Assembly: GCA_009885955.1 (NCBI GenBank)
Contig: VFJS01000042.1
Span: forward strand, 4,623 to 68,622
Origin: Spirochaetia bacterium
GTDB taxonomy: Bacteria; Spirochaetota; UBA4802; UBA5550
DNA: 64,000 nt
Direction: 5' to 3'
Positions 49,719 to 61,181 of the stretch are shown piece after piece. Under the pieces are notes generated by a model. That model saw nothing but the letters and a program-made list of their open reading frames with translations, was not told the origin of the DNA and ran no database searches. A program made the position numbers and the translations under genes. The stretch's first letter is position 1. Each line of letters begins with the position of its first letter.

Positions 49719-51107
49719 ATGAGGCTGTTTTTCCTTTTGGTTTCAATTGTTTCTATTCTCATTTTTTCAGGCTGCAAAAGCGATGGCGATATCTTCGCCG
49801 TATATAATGAAGGGAATATTTCCCGCGGAGAATTTTATAAGTGGCTTGAATCAAGACGATATACAAAGGCGACGGTTTTACAGCAAAAAGTTGATCAGAA
49901 AATAAAGTTGAGGCAGCTCGCAATTGACAAGCTTTCTTATAATGAGGCGCTAAAGGCAGGGTTTGATAAAAATATGGACTTAGCTGAAATACTTGAATTG
50001 TCCAGGGAGAATTTCATGTCGGGATTTTTCATTCGTAAGCAGAAAAACAACCTGGAGTTTAATGAAAAAGGAGTCAGGGTAAAAATAATTAAATTGACGA
50101 TAAAAAATTTTAAAATGGAAAATAATAAAAGAGTCAATTTTTCAAAATCCGAACAGGAGGCCGAAATAAAAAATCAGGAAGGGAGGGTAAGTGAAATAAT
50201 TGAAAAACTGGGCACGAATGAAAGCTTTGAAAAACTTGCGTTAGAATATTCTGATGATCCTTCAAAGATGAAAGGGGGCGATCTGGGTTATATTATGGCA
50301 GGAATGAGGGAGCCCCAGGTGGTAAATGCTGCTTTTGTGCTGAAACCAGGTGAATTTACCAGGGCGCCTGTCAGGGTAAATGATTCCATATACTTTATTA
50401 AAGCAGAAGACAGGAAGGAAATATCTGATAAAAATATTGAATCAATTATCGGTGATAAATCTAAAGCCGATGCAATAAAAAAAAGGTTCCAGTTTAACAG
50501 GGGCAGAATGATTGAGAATGATCTTGTGAATGCTTCGGATGTTAAAAATAATATTGAAAATGCTAAATTCAGGGATGAAAACGAGGTTTTGTTTCAAATC
50601 GGGGGCCAGGATTTTAAATACTCTCATTTCATCAAAATATTTGAATTTAACAATAAGAAGAGGAAAGATTCAAGTTCATCCCCTGGTTCCATGGCGATTG
50701 AGAAAAAGAAGCAGTTTTCAAAGAGGATTCTGAGTCAAAAACTCATAATGAGGGAGGCTCTCAAGCAGGGCATGGACAGGGATATTGATTTCCTGGCAGA
50801 ATGGAACAATATCAGGATCTTTACAATCGGCAACGAATATTTAAACTCTATTCTGTATAATGACTTAAAAGTTACAGAGCCCGAGATCAAAGAAGAGTAT
50901 GAGAGAAACAAGGACCGCGCATACAGGAAGAAGATTGCAAGGGGGACTGCTTCAGTGGATGAAGTTCAGCCTTTAGGCGAGGTACGGGAAAGAATTTTAT
51001 CTATGCTTACAGACAGGAAAAAGTCACAGGCCAGGAAGAACTGGGAAGAGGAGATACTTAAAAAGAGCGGATTTAAGATACATGATGACAGGCTTGAAGG
51101 GAAATAG
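49719..51107 (+). CDS. PpiC-type peptidyl-prolyl isomerase lipoprotein (SurA/PrsA-like)
   Basis: FSGC lipobox; FEKLALEYSDD...GGDLG. Confidence 0.85.
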   Translation: MRLFFLLVSIVSILIFSGCKSDGDIFAVYNEGNISRGEFYKWLESRRYTKATVLQQKVDQKIKLRQLAIDKLSYNEALKAGFDKNMDLAEILELSRENFMSGFFIRKQKNNLEFNEKGVRVKIIKLTIKNFKMENNKRVNFSKSEQEAEIKNQEGRVSEIIEKLGTNESFEKLALEYSDDPSKMKGGDLGYIMAGMREPQVVNAAFVLKPGEFTRAPVRVNDSIYFIKAEDRKEISDKNIESIIGDKSKADAIKKRFQFNRGRMIENDLVNASDVKNNIENAKFRDENEVLFQIGGQDFKYSHFIKIFEFNNKKRKDSSSSPGSMAIEKKKQFSKRILSQKLIMREALKQGMDRDIDFLAEWNNIRIFTIGNEYLNSILYNDLKVTEPEIKEEYERNKDRAYRKKIARGTASVDEVQPLGEVRERILSMLTDRKKSQARKNWEEEILKKSGFKIHDDRLEGK

Positions 51108-51158
51108 AATTTAACCGGGCCTGAGGCTAGGCCCAGGAGTAAGGTCCGATCAAAACAT

Positions 51159-51413
51159 TCAGTTTATTGTCTCATTTATATCATGGAACATTTTGGATAT
51201 TTCAGGTTTTTTAGACTCGCCGTCCACCATGATTTCGTGAAGGTTTTCCACGTCGAGCCCCAGTTCTTTTGCCGAATCAATGTAAAAATAGATAACGCTT
51301 TGAATTCTTTTCAGCGCTTCATTTTTGTTTGAACCGTAACAGTTTATATCAAGCTCAGGGCAGTTTGCAATATATTCATTATCCATTTTAATAAGATTTA
51401 CAGTAATTTTCAT
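51159..51413 (-). CDS. HicB-like protein
   Basis: YIANCPELDINCYG....EAL pattern. Confidence 0.7.
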   Translation of the reverse strand: MKITVNLIKMDNEYIANCPELDINCYGSNKNEALKRIQSVIYFYIDSAKELGLDVENLHEIMVDGESKKPEISKMFHDINETIN

Positions 51414-51723
51414 GTATGATTCCTCTGGTGAAATTTTTTATATGATGGCTCAATTATCGTCAAAATTTTAAAAGGCCATAAAATAATATTGCCCCCCATA
51501 TCTATTTTTTGGCAACCGCACTGAACAGTATGCCTTTCGAAGCCCATTTTATTACATTTTAATCATATAATGAGACGTAATGCGGGAATATGTAGAATTC
51601 CATCAGCCCGATTTTCATTCTCATTCAAGTGATAAAAACAATTGACAGTTCCCATCCTGAGTTTTGGAATTAACCGAAGTTGCCTGATATATTCATCCTC
51701 TGTCTTCGGGCGCGAATGATTGA

Positions 51724-51975
51724 TTGAAAAAGGTTCCATTGAATAAAACAGTTTTCTCACAGATCTCCATCGGGCTACAGCTGGCGCTGACTGTAATTGT
51801 ATTTATTTTTGCCGGGAAATGGCTTGATGATTATTTTGATAAATCGCCGTTGTTTCTTATAACAGGCATGTTTATCGGCATGGGAATTGGCTTCTACTTT
51901 CTTATGAAGGAACTTTTTAATCATCATAGGGATGATGACAAGGTCAGGGATGATAAAACCGGAAAATGGATGTAA
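51724..51975 (+). CDS. AtpZ/AtpI-family small membrane protein
   Basis: G.WLD.YF...P.F...G...G two-TM motif upstream of atpB. Confidence 0.8.
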   Translation: MKKVPLNKTVFSQISIGLQLALTVIVFIFAGKWLDDYFDKSPLFLITGMFIGMGIGFYFLMKELFNHHRDDDKVRDDKTGKWM

Positions 51976-52335
51976 AGGAACAAAAAAAAATTTTATCGAG
52001 AGATTTTTTTATTAGTATAAATCTTGGGATATTCCGGAATTTCTAATTTTTTATTTGATAAAATTTCTGATTATTTTAATGGCAGCTATAAATTAAAAAA
52101 AAGCTTGACAGGGATTTTAATAATTGGAATCCACTATTAGTAATATGAAACAGGTTCAGATTTATTGAAAAAAATTGAATCCTGATATTTAAACATCTTT
52201 TTTCAAATAGTAATTGATTTCATAGAGCAATATTTTACTGTGGTTTTAATTTAATAGTACCGGGCGTTTACTGAATATCAGAATTTTTGCTGCAAGCTGA
52301 TATTTATCAATAAATTTTCCGAGGTTTTATTTTCA

Positions 52336-53190
52336 ATGCTTCGATTTTTGCAATTCATTAACGGCTCCATAACATCCGGCGGCGGCGGCGAAGAGTCGCT
52401 TTATGATATTGTTCTGCACCATATCACTGACCATCCCATAGAACATGGATTTATCGGCGAAATAAATAAGCTTTTTTTTGATGAGAAGATTTTCGGGATC
52501 TTTGATATGAGGATAACCAAGTGGGTTCTCATGCTCTGGCTTACCATGGCGCTTTCACTTCTGGTTTTTATCCCGCTCGCAATGAAAATTAAAAAATCTT
52601 CCATGGGATCAAAGTCAAGATGGGTAAATTTCTGGGAGGCCCTCATCGGATTTATCCATGATGAAATAGTTCAGCCTAATTTTGACCATCATTATATAAA
52701 AACTGCCATGCCTTATTTTTGCGGCCTTTTTTTCTTTATTCTTTTTGCCAACTTTATCGGGCTTGTACCGGGTCTTGCCACTGCAACCGGAAACCTGGCA
52801 GTAACCGGAGGCCTTGCGATTCTCACATTCCTGGGAATGGTTTTAATCGGCACCATAAAACAGGGGCCCCTGTGGATAATAAAAGGAATAGTTCCTCATG
52901 GAATTCCGGTATTTCTTTTTCCACTGCTCTGGGTGATAGAGCTTATTGGCCTATTGATAAAACCCGTAGTACTCACTGTCCGACTCTTTGCGAACATGAC
53001 AGCCGGTCATATTGTTATAATAATATTTCTATATCTATCCATCATGTTTCATAACTACTTTGTCGGCATTGGTTCGGTTACGGGGTCGCTGATGATTTAT
53101 ATGCTGGAACTTCTTGTTTCATTTATACAGGCATACATATTCGCCTCTCTGTCGGCAATGTACATTGGCGCTTCAATGCATGCGCATTAG
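52336..53190 (+). CDS. atpB: ATP synthase Fo subunit a
   Basis: VRLFANMTAGH, FIQAYIF. Confidence 0.96.
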   Translation: MLRFLQFINGSITSGGGGEESLYDIVLHHITDHPIEHGFIGEINKLFFDEKIFGIFDMRITKWVLMLWLTMALSLLVFIPLAMKIKKSSMGSKSRWVNFWEALIGFIHDEIVQPNFDHHYIKTAMPYFCGLFFFILFANFIGLVPGLATATGNLAVTGGLAILTFLGMVLIGTIKQGPLWIIKGIVPHGIPVFLFPLLWVIELIGLLIKPVVLTVRLFANMTAGHIVIIIFLYLSIMFHNYFVGIGSVTGSLMIYMLELLVSFIQAYIFASLSAMYIGASMHAH

Positions 53191-53315
53191 ATTTTAATGA
53201 TTCATGACTGAATCATTATTGAGTTGCTTAAAATGTTCTTTTTATATCATGAATATATAAAGAACAATAAGATTATATAGCTAATTTATTACTATAAGTC
53301 ATTTAGGAGGATTAA

Positions 53316-53543
53316 ATGGAAAAAGCATTGGCATACTTGGCATCTGGATTAGGGGCTGGGATAATTGTTATGGGAGCTGCAATGGGTATCGGCAAGCTCG
53401 CTTCAGCAGCAATGGAAGGAATGGCCCGTCAGCCGGAAGTCAGCGGAGATCTGAGAACAGCTATGATCATTGCTGCGGCTCTTATCGAAGGTTTTACATT
53501 TTTCGCCCTTGTTGTAACCTTTATGCTGGCAACACTTAAATAG
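53316..53543 (+). CDS. atpE: ATP synthase Fo subunit c
   Basis: ARQPE loop, ALIEG. Confidence 0.96.
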   Translation: MEKALAYLASGLGAGIIVMGAAMGIGKLASAAMEGMARQPEVSGDLRTAMIIAAALIEGFTFFALVVTFMLATLK

Positions 53544-53582
53544 CCAGGGAAAATTAAATAGTCAGATAAAATGGTAAGATAA

Positions 53583-54092
53583 ATGGATTTTCTTAAGGAA
53601 GGATTATTAAAAACTGATCCGGGATTGTTCTTATGGACAATAATTACATTCCTGGTACTCCTTTTAATTCTATGGAAGGCTGCCTGGAAGCCGATTGTTG
53701 AGGCCCTGGATTCAAGGGCTGAAAGAATCAGAGGCGATCTGTCCAATGCTGACAAATCGCGCCAGGAAGCTGAACAACTCCTTGTCAAACACAAGGAGTT
53801 AATGGACAGGGCAAAAGCCGAGGCCTTAGAAGTCATAGAAAAAGGAAGGCAGGAGGCTGACAAGGTCAGGAATGAAATAATTGAAAAGGCGAACAGGGAT
53901 TCAAGAGAGATTGTTGACAAGGCAAAGAATGAGATCATGAGAGCAAAGGAAAACGCTCTTGCGGAAATAAAATCGGAAATCGTTGTTATTTCCACAGAAA
54001 TTGCTTCCAGGCTAATCAACAAGCATCTGAATCCTGATGATCAGAAGGCTTTCATCGAAGAAACAATGAATAAAATAAAGACAGTTCAGTAG
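53583..54092 (+). CDS. atpF: ATP synthase Fo subunit b
   Basis: WTIITFLVL...AWKPI...R + coiled coil. Confidence 0.95.
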   Translation: MDFLKEGLLKTDPGLFLWTIITFLVLLLILWKAAWKPIVEALDSRAERIRGDLSNADKSRQEAEQLLVKHKELMDRAKAEALEVIEKGRQEADKVRNEIIEKANRDSREIVDKAKNEIMRAKENALAEIKSEIVVISTEIASRLINKHLNPDDQKAFIEETMNKIKTVQ

Positions 54093-54142
54093 TATCGAAC
54101 TGTCTCATTTCATTATAAATTTCATAATTGTAAGGTTTTACC

Positions 54143-54712
54143 GTGGCCGGGAAAAATATAGCAAAATTATATGCTTCGTCACTCGTTGAAATTTCTCACA
54201 AAGGCAACATACTTGCCCAGGTGGAAGAAGAAATTCAGTATATACATGAATTATTCAGTGAAAATGCTGAATTATTCGGATTTTTCACAGCCAGGGGAAT
54301 CTCAAAGGTCAGGAAAAGAAATATTGTAAAAAATGTTTTCGGTGATAACCTGGGGAAATTTACGGTTAACCTATTAAATATAATGATAGATAATGACCGT
54401 GAATCAGAAATATTGAAACTGAGGGATGAGTTTAAGGAAGAGATCGATAGAATAAAGAACATCCAGAAAGTGACCATTGTATCAAGCACGGAACTCTCTT
54501 CCCAGATAAAGGACAAAGTAATTAATATTTTCAAGGAAAAACTTAAAAAGGATATTTCGCTGCAGGAGAATACCGATAGTGCAATTCTCGGCGGCATAAT
54601 TATAAAGTACGATGACCTTGTAATAGACGGGTCTCTGGCCAAGGATTTAAAAAAGCTAAAAAATAATCTGCTAAACAGCAAAATTGGGAGTGAAGTGGCA
54701 TATGAAGATTAA
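54143..54712 (+). CDS. atpH: ATP synthase F1 delta
   Basis: YA.SL, ILGGIII...VIDGS; gene order. Confidence 0.93.
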   Translation: MAGKNIAKLYASSLVEISHKGNILAQVEEEIQYIHELFSENAELFGFFTARGISKVRKRNIVKNVFGDNLGKFTVNLLNIMIDNDRESEILKLRDEFKEEIDRIKNIQKVTIVSSTELSSQIKDKVINIFKEKLKKDISLQENTDSAILGGIIIKYDDLVIDGSLAKDLKKLKNNLLNSKIGSEVAYED

Positions 54713-56213
54713 AACCAGTGAAATTAAATCTTTATTAAAAAAAGAGATAGAAGGATATATATCTGAGCTGGATATAAATGAGGTTGGTACCGTTTTTCAG
54801 GTTGGTGACGGTATTGCCAAGGTATTCGGCCTCAGGAATGCCATGTCAGCAGAAATGGTTGAGTTCCAGAACGGGGTTCAGGGTATGATTCTAAACCTTG
54901 AGGAGGATTCTATCGGAGTCGCCATTCTCGGGGATTACCTGAAAATAGAAGAGGGACATTCTGTTAAGCGGTTAAATAAAATTCTTGCTGTTCCTGTAGG
55001 GGAAGAGATGCTGGGCAGGGTTGTTGATCCCCTGGGAGTTCCAATTGACGGGAAGGGCCCTATCAATACAACAAAATTGAGACCGGTGGAATATCTTGCC
55101 CCCGGGATAGCCGACAGGCAACCTGTTAAGGAGTCCCTGCAGACCGGAATCAAGGCTGTTGACTCCATGATACCCATAGGGCGGGGCCAGCGTGAGCTGA
55201 TCATCGGTGACAGGAAGACCGGAAAAACTGCAATTGCTATTGATACCATCATCAACCAGAAAGGAAAAAATGTTACCTGTGTATATGTTGCCATAGGCCA
55301 GAAAGCCTCGACTGTGGCTGCTGTCGTTCAGAAACTAAAGGACACCGGGGCCATGGATTACACTATTGTCGTTGTAGCAACAGCATCGGATCCTGCGCCA
55401 CTTCAGTACATCGCACCTTATGCCGGCGCTGCGATGGCTGAGTATTTCATGTACGAAAAAAAGGGGCATACCCTTTGCATATATGATGACCTTTCAAAAC
55501 AGGCCAATGCATACAGGGAGCTGTCGCTTCTCCTCAGAAGGCCTCCGGGACGGGAAGCATACCCCGGTGACATTTTTTACTGCCACTCCAGGCTGCTGGA
55601 GAGGTCATGCAAGCTTTCCGATGCTAACGGGGGCGGTTCGCTTACAGCCCTGCCGATTATTGAGACACAGGAAGGAGAGGTTTCGGCATATATTCCGACG
55701 AATGTTATTTCAATTACAGACGGTCAGATTTATCTTCTCCCGAACCTTTTTGCTTCAGGTATACGGCCTGCTGTAGATGTAGGCATATCGGTATCGAGGG
55801 TAGGGGGAAATGCTCAGATTAAAGCAATGAAAAAATATGCAGGTTCACTCAGGCTCGACCTGGCACAGTTCAGGGAACTTGAGGCATTTTCACAAATGGG
55901 GACAGAGCTCGATCCGGCAACACAGCGTCAGCTCGACAGGGGAATCAGGCTTGTGGAAATTCTCAAGCAGGGTCAGTATGTTCCTATGAACGTGGAGGAG
56001 CAGGTTGCCATTATTTTTGCAGGTACACAGGGTCTTCTTGACAAGATTCCAGTTGATAAGATTAAGGATTTTGAAAGTAAATTTCTTAAATTCATGAAGG
56101 AATCCAATTCCGAGCTGCTGAAAGGGATAGTTACAACAGGCGAATTGAAGGAGCCTGATAAATTGACTCAGATAATAACCCAGTTCGTCGAAAAATATCT
56201 AACTGGAAATTAA
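54702..56213 (+). CDS. atpA: ATP synthase F1 alpha
   Basis: [25 protein letters not shown]. Confidence 0.98.
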   Translation: MKIKTSEIKSLLKKEIEGYISELDINEVGTVFQVGDGIAKVFGLRNAMSAEMVEFQNGVQGMILNLEEDSIGVAILGDYLKIEEGHSVKRLNKILAVPVGEEMLGRVVDPLGVPIDGKGPINTTKLRPVEYLAPGIADRQPVKESLQTGIKAVDSMIPIGRGQRELIIGDRKTGKTAIAIDTIINQKGKNVTCVYVAIGQKASTVAAVVQKLKDTGAMDYTIVVVATASDPAPLQYIAPYAGAAMAEYFMYEKKGHTLCIYDDLSKQANAYRELSLLLRRPPGREAYPGDIFYCHSRLLERSCKLSDANGGGSLTALPIIETQEGEVSAYIPTNVISITDGQIYLLPNLFASGIRPAVDVGISVSRVGGNAQIKAMKKYAGSLRLDLAQFRELEAFSQMGTELDPATQRQLDRGIRLVEILKQGQYVPMNVEEQVAIIFAGTQGLLDKIPVDKIKDFESKFLKFMKESNSELLKGIVTTGELKEPDKLTQIITQFVEKYLTGN

Positions 56214-56255
56214 TACAGAAAGGAATGAAGACAAACTAAACCAGAGGAATTCCAA

Positions 56256-57134
56256 GTGGCCAATCAGAGAAATATAAAAAACAGAATCAAATCCATTAAA
56301 AATACCAAAAAGATCACAAGTACAATGGAAATGGTTGCCAGTGCCAAGATGAAGAAGGTTCAGCACAGGCTTGAAATGTCAAATCAGTATGAACTTAAGA
56401 TAAATGACATAATGAAAAATATCCTCCGTTACAATACCGGGGATATCCGTGATCCACTACTGGCCGAGTATGCAGAACCGAAAAAAATTCTGATTGTACA
56501 GATTGTCGGGAACAGGGGGCTCTGCGGCAGTTTTAACACGAACGTCATCCATAACTCCATGACATTCGCGGAAAAGATGGCTGCCCAGAAAAAAGAGATT
56601 GTTAATTATGTCATTGGAAAGAAAGGGATTAACTATTACAGATTTATAAATGAGCCTGTATTCAGGACTAAAATGAATCCCGAGGACAAGGTATCCCTAG
56701 AGTATGCTACGGATTTCTGCAATGAACTGAGGGAGCTCTTTATCAACGGCGAGGTGCATGAGGTCTACATCTCCTATACAAAAGTTTTTTCAAGGTCATC
56801 GCAAAAACCGCATATATTCAAACTCCTGCCTATTTCAGCTGAAATTGAGGATGAGGCAAACAGCAGCACAGCGGGATCGAGTTATGTGTATGACCCTGAT
56901 CCTGTTAAGATCCTTACCTATCTTCTACCCCTTTACCTGAACGTAAAGGTTTTTAACAGCTTCCTTGAGTCATCCTACTCGGAACAGTTTGCCAGAAGGG
57001 TGGCAATGAAGAATGCAACGGATGCATCGGTTGATATAATAAAGGATCTCACAATTACATACAACAGGGCAAGGCAGGCTAAGATTACAAATGAAATTGC
57101 TGAAATAGTCGGCGGAGCAGCTGCGCTTGAGTAA
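56256..57134 (+). CDS. atpG: ATP synthase F1 gamma
   Basis: KITSTMEMV, RGLCG, YNRARQAKITNE. Confidence 0.97.
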   Translation: MANQRNIKNRIKSIKNTKKITSTMEMVASAKMKKVQHRLEMSNQYELKINDIMKNILRYNTGDIRDPLLAEYAEPKKILIVQIVGNRGLCGSFNTNVIHNSMTFAEKMAAQKKEIVNYVIGKKGINYYRFINEPVFRTKMNPEDKVSLEYATDFCNELRELFINGEVHEVYISYTKVFSRSSQKPHIFKLLPISAEIEDEANSSTAGSSYVYDPDPVKILTYLLPLYLNVKVFNSFLESSYSEQFARRVAMKNATDASVDIIKDLTITYNRARQAKITNEIAEIVGGAAALE

Positions 57135-57157
57135 AAATAAATTTGAATAATGAGTGA

Positions 57158-58591
<1,434 letters not shown>

Positions 58592-58593
58592 GT

Positions 58594-58998
58594 ATGGCAA
58601 AGAAGATTATTTGCAGCATCAAGACCCCTGAAAAAAATGTGTATGATGGTGAAGCGGATCATACGGTAATTGAAGCCCATGACGGAAAAAGAGGTTTTTT
58701 AATTAACCATACGCCATTTATTACAACTCTGGGGAACGGAGAGGTGCGAATTCATAATGATGATAACGTCCGTTCCTTTTATGTTGAAGGGGGTATTGTT
58801 GAAATGCTGGATAACCGTCTTTCGGTTCTTGCTGAGAATTCATATTCAAAGGAACAGCTGAACAGGGATGAGATTAATGGAAAATTAATCAGTCTTGTGG
58901 AGACCAGCAAAGGCAAGGATCCTCTCTCTGATGAAGGGAATAGAGTTCAGAGTGAATTAGCACGATTAAAGGCTAGAAAGATGTTTATATCAAAATAA
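58594..58998 (+). CDS. atpC: ATP synthase F1 epsilon
   Basis: TPE, H.P, GG.VE; gene order. Confidence 0.92.
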   Translation: MAKKIICSIKTPEKNVYDGEADHTVIEAHDGKRGFLINHTPFITTLGNGEVRIHNDDNVRSFYVEGGIVEMLDNRLSVLAENSYSKEQLNRDEINGKLISLVETSKGKDPLSDEGNRVQSELARLKARKMFISK

Positions 58999-59026
58999 AA
59001 ATAGAATAAAATTAAAAAATATATAT

Positions 59027-59058
59027 AAAAGATGCTCTTTCGGGCATCTTTTTTTTTA
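59027..59058 (+). terminator. intrinsic terminator of the atp operon
   Basis: gatgctc-tttc-gggcatc stem + T-run. Confidence 0.85.
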
Positions 59059-59391
59059 TTCTACAACTAAAATTTTTCCGATAATATATTGAAATAATAT
59101 AAAGGAATCCTGAAGGTTAATGTTAAGGTGTTCTATTATAGAAATCAATATTAGGAAAAGTCAGCAATTTATAATATTTTATTAATATTAAAATCGGGTT
59201 TTTGAGTTGTCTATAATATCATATGGGTTGTATTAAATTATTTGTATTAAAGAATGAATATTTTTATAGGTGATTAGGGGCACTGGAATTTTATCATATC
59301 TGGAATATAAACAGGGATAAAATAGTTGATGAATAGCTGACAACTTATGAAAAATGGACATAAAGGCTAAGGGAAAAATATCAGGTAAAAC

Positions 59392-61179
59392 ATGAAAAGC
59401 AGTCTACCGGAAAATTTTAACATAAACGATATCGGCAGAATAAATTTAAAGGAAGCCGAGGAAGTTGCGAATGAAAATATTCTGTTTCTTACAGAAGATG
59501 ATCTTATTGAAGGTTTGGAAGACTTTGACCTGATTCCGCTGAAAGATGAGGCTGGTGAAGATGGTAAGTTTCAAAAAATTCATGATGATTATCTTGATAA
59601 ATCCTTCCATGAAACCCGCCGAATGGGCGATAAAAAAGCTGATAGCATAAAGGCAAAGGATGAAACTGTCCTGGATGATGGCAAAGGCATCAAGGAAAAC
59701 ACTGTAACTGATGAACATCCGGACAGTATTGAGGACTTTCATTCAATTGTGAATAATATTTTGTCCGAAATAATTCCAGAGGGAATTGGAACAACAGTCA
59801 CAGGGACAGTAACAGATTCCATTGGGCCAGGAGAAGAATCAATTGCCCATGAAGGGGATGAAATAAAAGGAACAGGAACTATTCCTTCTGCTTCAGACGA
59901 TGATAAAAAGACATATGAAAGAAAGGGGCCCTCGGAACCATTTATATTGAGTGATTCCCGCGTTTCAGATCATAAAGTTGATATCGGGACTGTGTCGATC
60001 CCGGACGCTTTGATGAATCTGGAAAAGAAAAGGGGAAATACTCTTTTCATTGATGACATCTCAGATGAATCACAAACACTGACAAAGAAAATCTTTGAAG
60101 AAAACGTCCTGGAAAAATCTGCAACTGATATCATTGAGATTTCAAGTAAAAATGTTAAGCTCCTTACTGAAGCAGGAATGGACATGGCCATTGTAGGGTA
60201 CCGTTTTTTATCAATGGTAAAGGAAACAACCCAGGAACAGCACGATTTTATGCTGGATTTCATAGATGCCGATTACAAGTACAGGGACACTGAGCTTGAC
60301 TTTGTTGATGACTCCATATTTGATGAGGACTATTCAAGGTTCATCCGTGAGATCGATGAATTCTATGATGATGACAAGGGGAAGATTGTTTCATCGGCCG
60401 TTGAAATTTTTGGAATCGATAATGAAGAGGGTTTTATAATTTCAGACAGGCTGTTCTCAGATGAGTATAAACATATTGACCTGGACAAGGAGATTGACCT
60501 TTTTAAATCTGATCAGGGAATTATAGATTTTGCCCTCACCAAAGAGAGATATTTTAATTATCTTGTAACAAAAGATGAGAGCCTGAGCGAATATGAAAGG
60601 CTCTCTATTGAAGAGGACATATCCTCAAAGGGAGCCGTTATTTTTGAAGAGGATATTGAAGATATAAAGAAGCTCTACGGCAAGGATATATCGCGTTCAA
60701 CGAAGGACAAAAAAGTTATTATCGAGCAGATCACATCTGACAAGGTTTTCGAAGATGAATTCGGTATAGCAATTGATATACATGAAGAGGATGAAATACG
60801 TGAGATAGATGAGATAGGGTCCAGAGTGTATGACGAGGTTCCTGATGGAGAGGGACTAATCTCAGCCGGTGTTGCCGTTGAAGATATGCCGGGAAATATG
60901 GATGATAAAGACCGGTACATGAGAGATGGTGTTGAGGCAATAGAGGATACTACAGAGGCAATCCTTAACATAACTGATAAAATTGTGATACTTGAAGACG
61001 AACTCGATATTGACAGGTTCATAAAAGAGTTCCCTGAAAAGAAAGGTACCGATTTGAAAGGACTTCTTAAATATCTTGACGGGCTTTTTGAAAAATTGCC
61101 TGAGAGTACAATAAGGAGTTTTGCAAACTCAGAATATTTCGATCTTTATGTTAAAATACTTAAAGATCTCGGTATTTAA
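59392..61179 (+). CDS. highly acidic hypothetical protein with helical C-terminal domain
   Basis: 595-aa Asp/Glu-rich ORF ending LLKYLDGLFEKLPE...SEYFDLYVKILKDLGI. Confidence 0.75.
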   Translation: MKSSLPENFNINDIGRINLKEAEEVANENILFLTEDDLIEGLEDFDLIPLKDEAGEDGKFQKIHDDYLDKSFHETRRMGDKKADSIKAKDETVLDDGKGIKENTVTDEHPDSIEDFHSIVNNILSEIIPEGIGTTVTGTVTDSIGPGEESIAHEGDEIKGTGTIPSASDDDKKTYERKGPSEPFILSDSRVSDHKVDIGTVSIPDALMNLEKKRGNTLFIDDISDESQTLTKKIFEENVLEKSATDIIEISSKNVKLLTEAGMDMAIVGYRFLSMVKETTQEQHDFMLDFIDADYKYRDTELDFVDDSIFDEDYSRFIREIDEFYDDDKGKIVSSAVEIFGIDNEEGFIISDRLFSDEYKHIDLDKEIDLFKSDQGIIDFALTKERYFNYLVTKDESLSEYERLSIEEDISSKGAVIFEEDIEDIKKLYGKDISRSTKDKKVIIEQITSDKVFEDEFGIAIDIHEEDEIREIDEIGSRVYDEVPDGEGLISAGVAVEDMPGNMDDKDRYMRDGVEAIEDTTEAILNITDKIVILEDELDIDRFIKEFPEKKGTDLKGLLKYLDGLFEKLPESTIRSFANSEYFDLYVKILKDLGI

Positions 61180-61181
61180 TC

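Noticed and set aside
53316..53543. Na+-translocating ATP synthase
   Set aside because: Subunit c has IEG rather than E-S/T and lacks the upstream Gln; consistent with H+ coupling.
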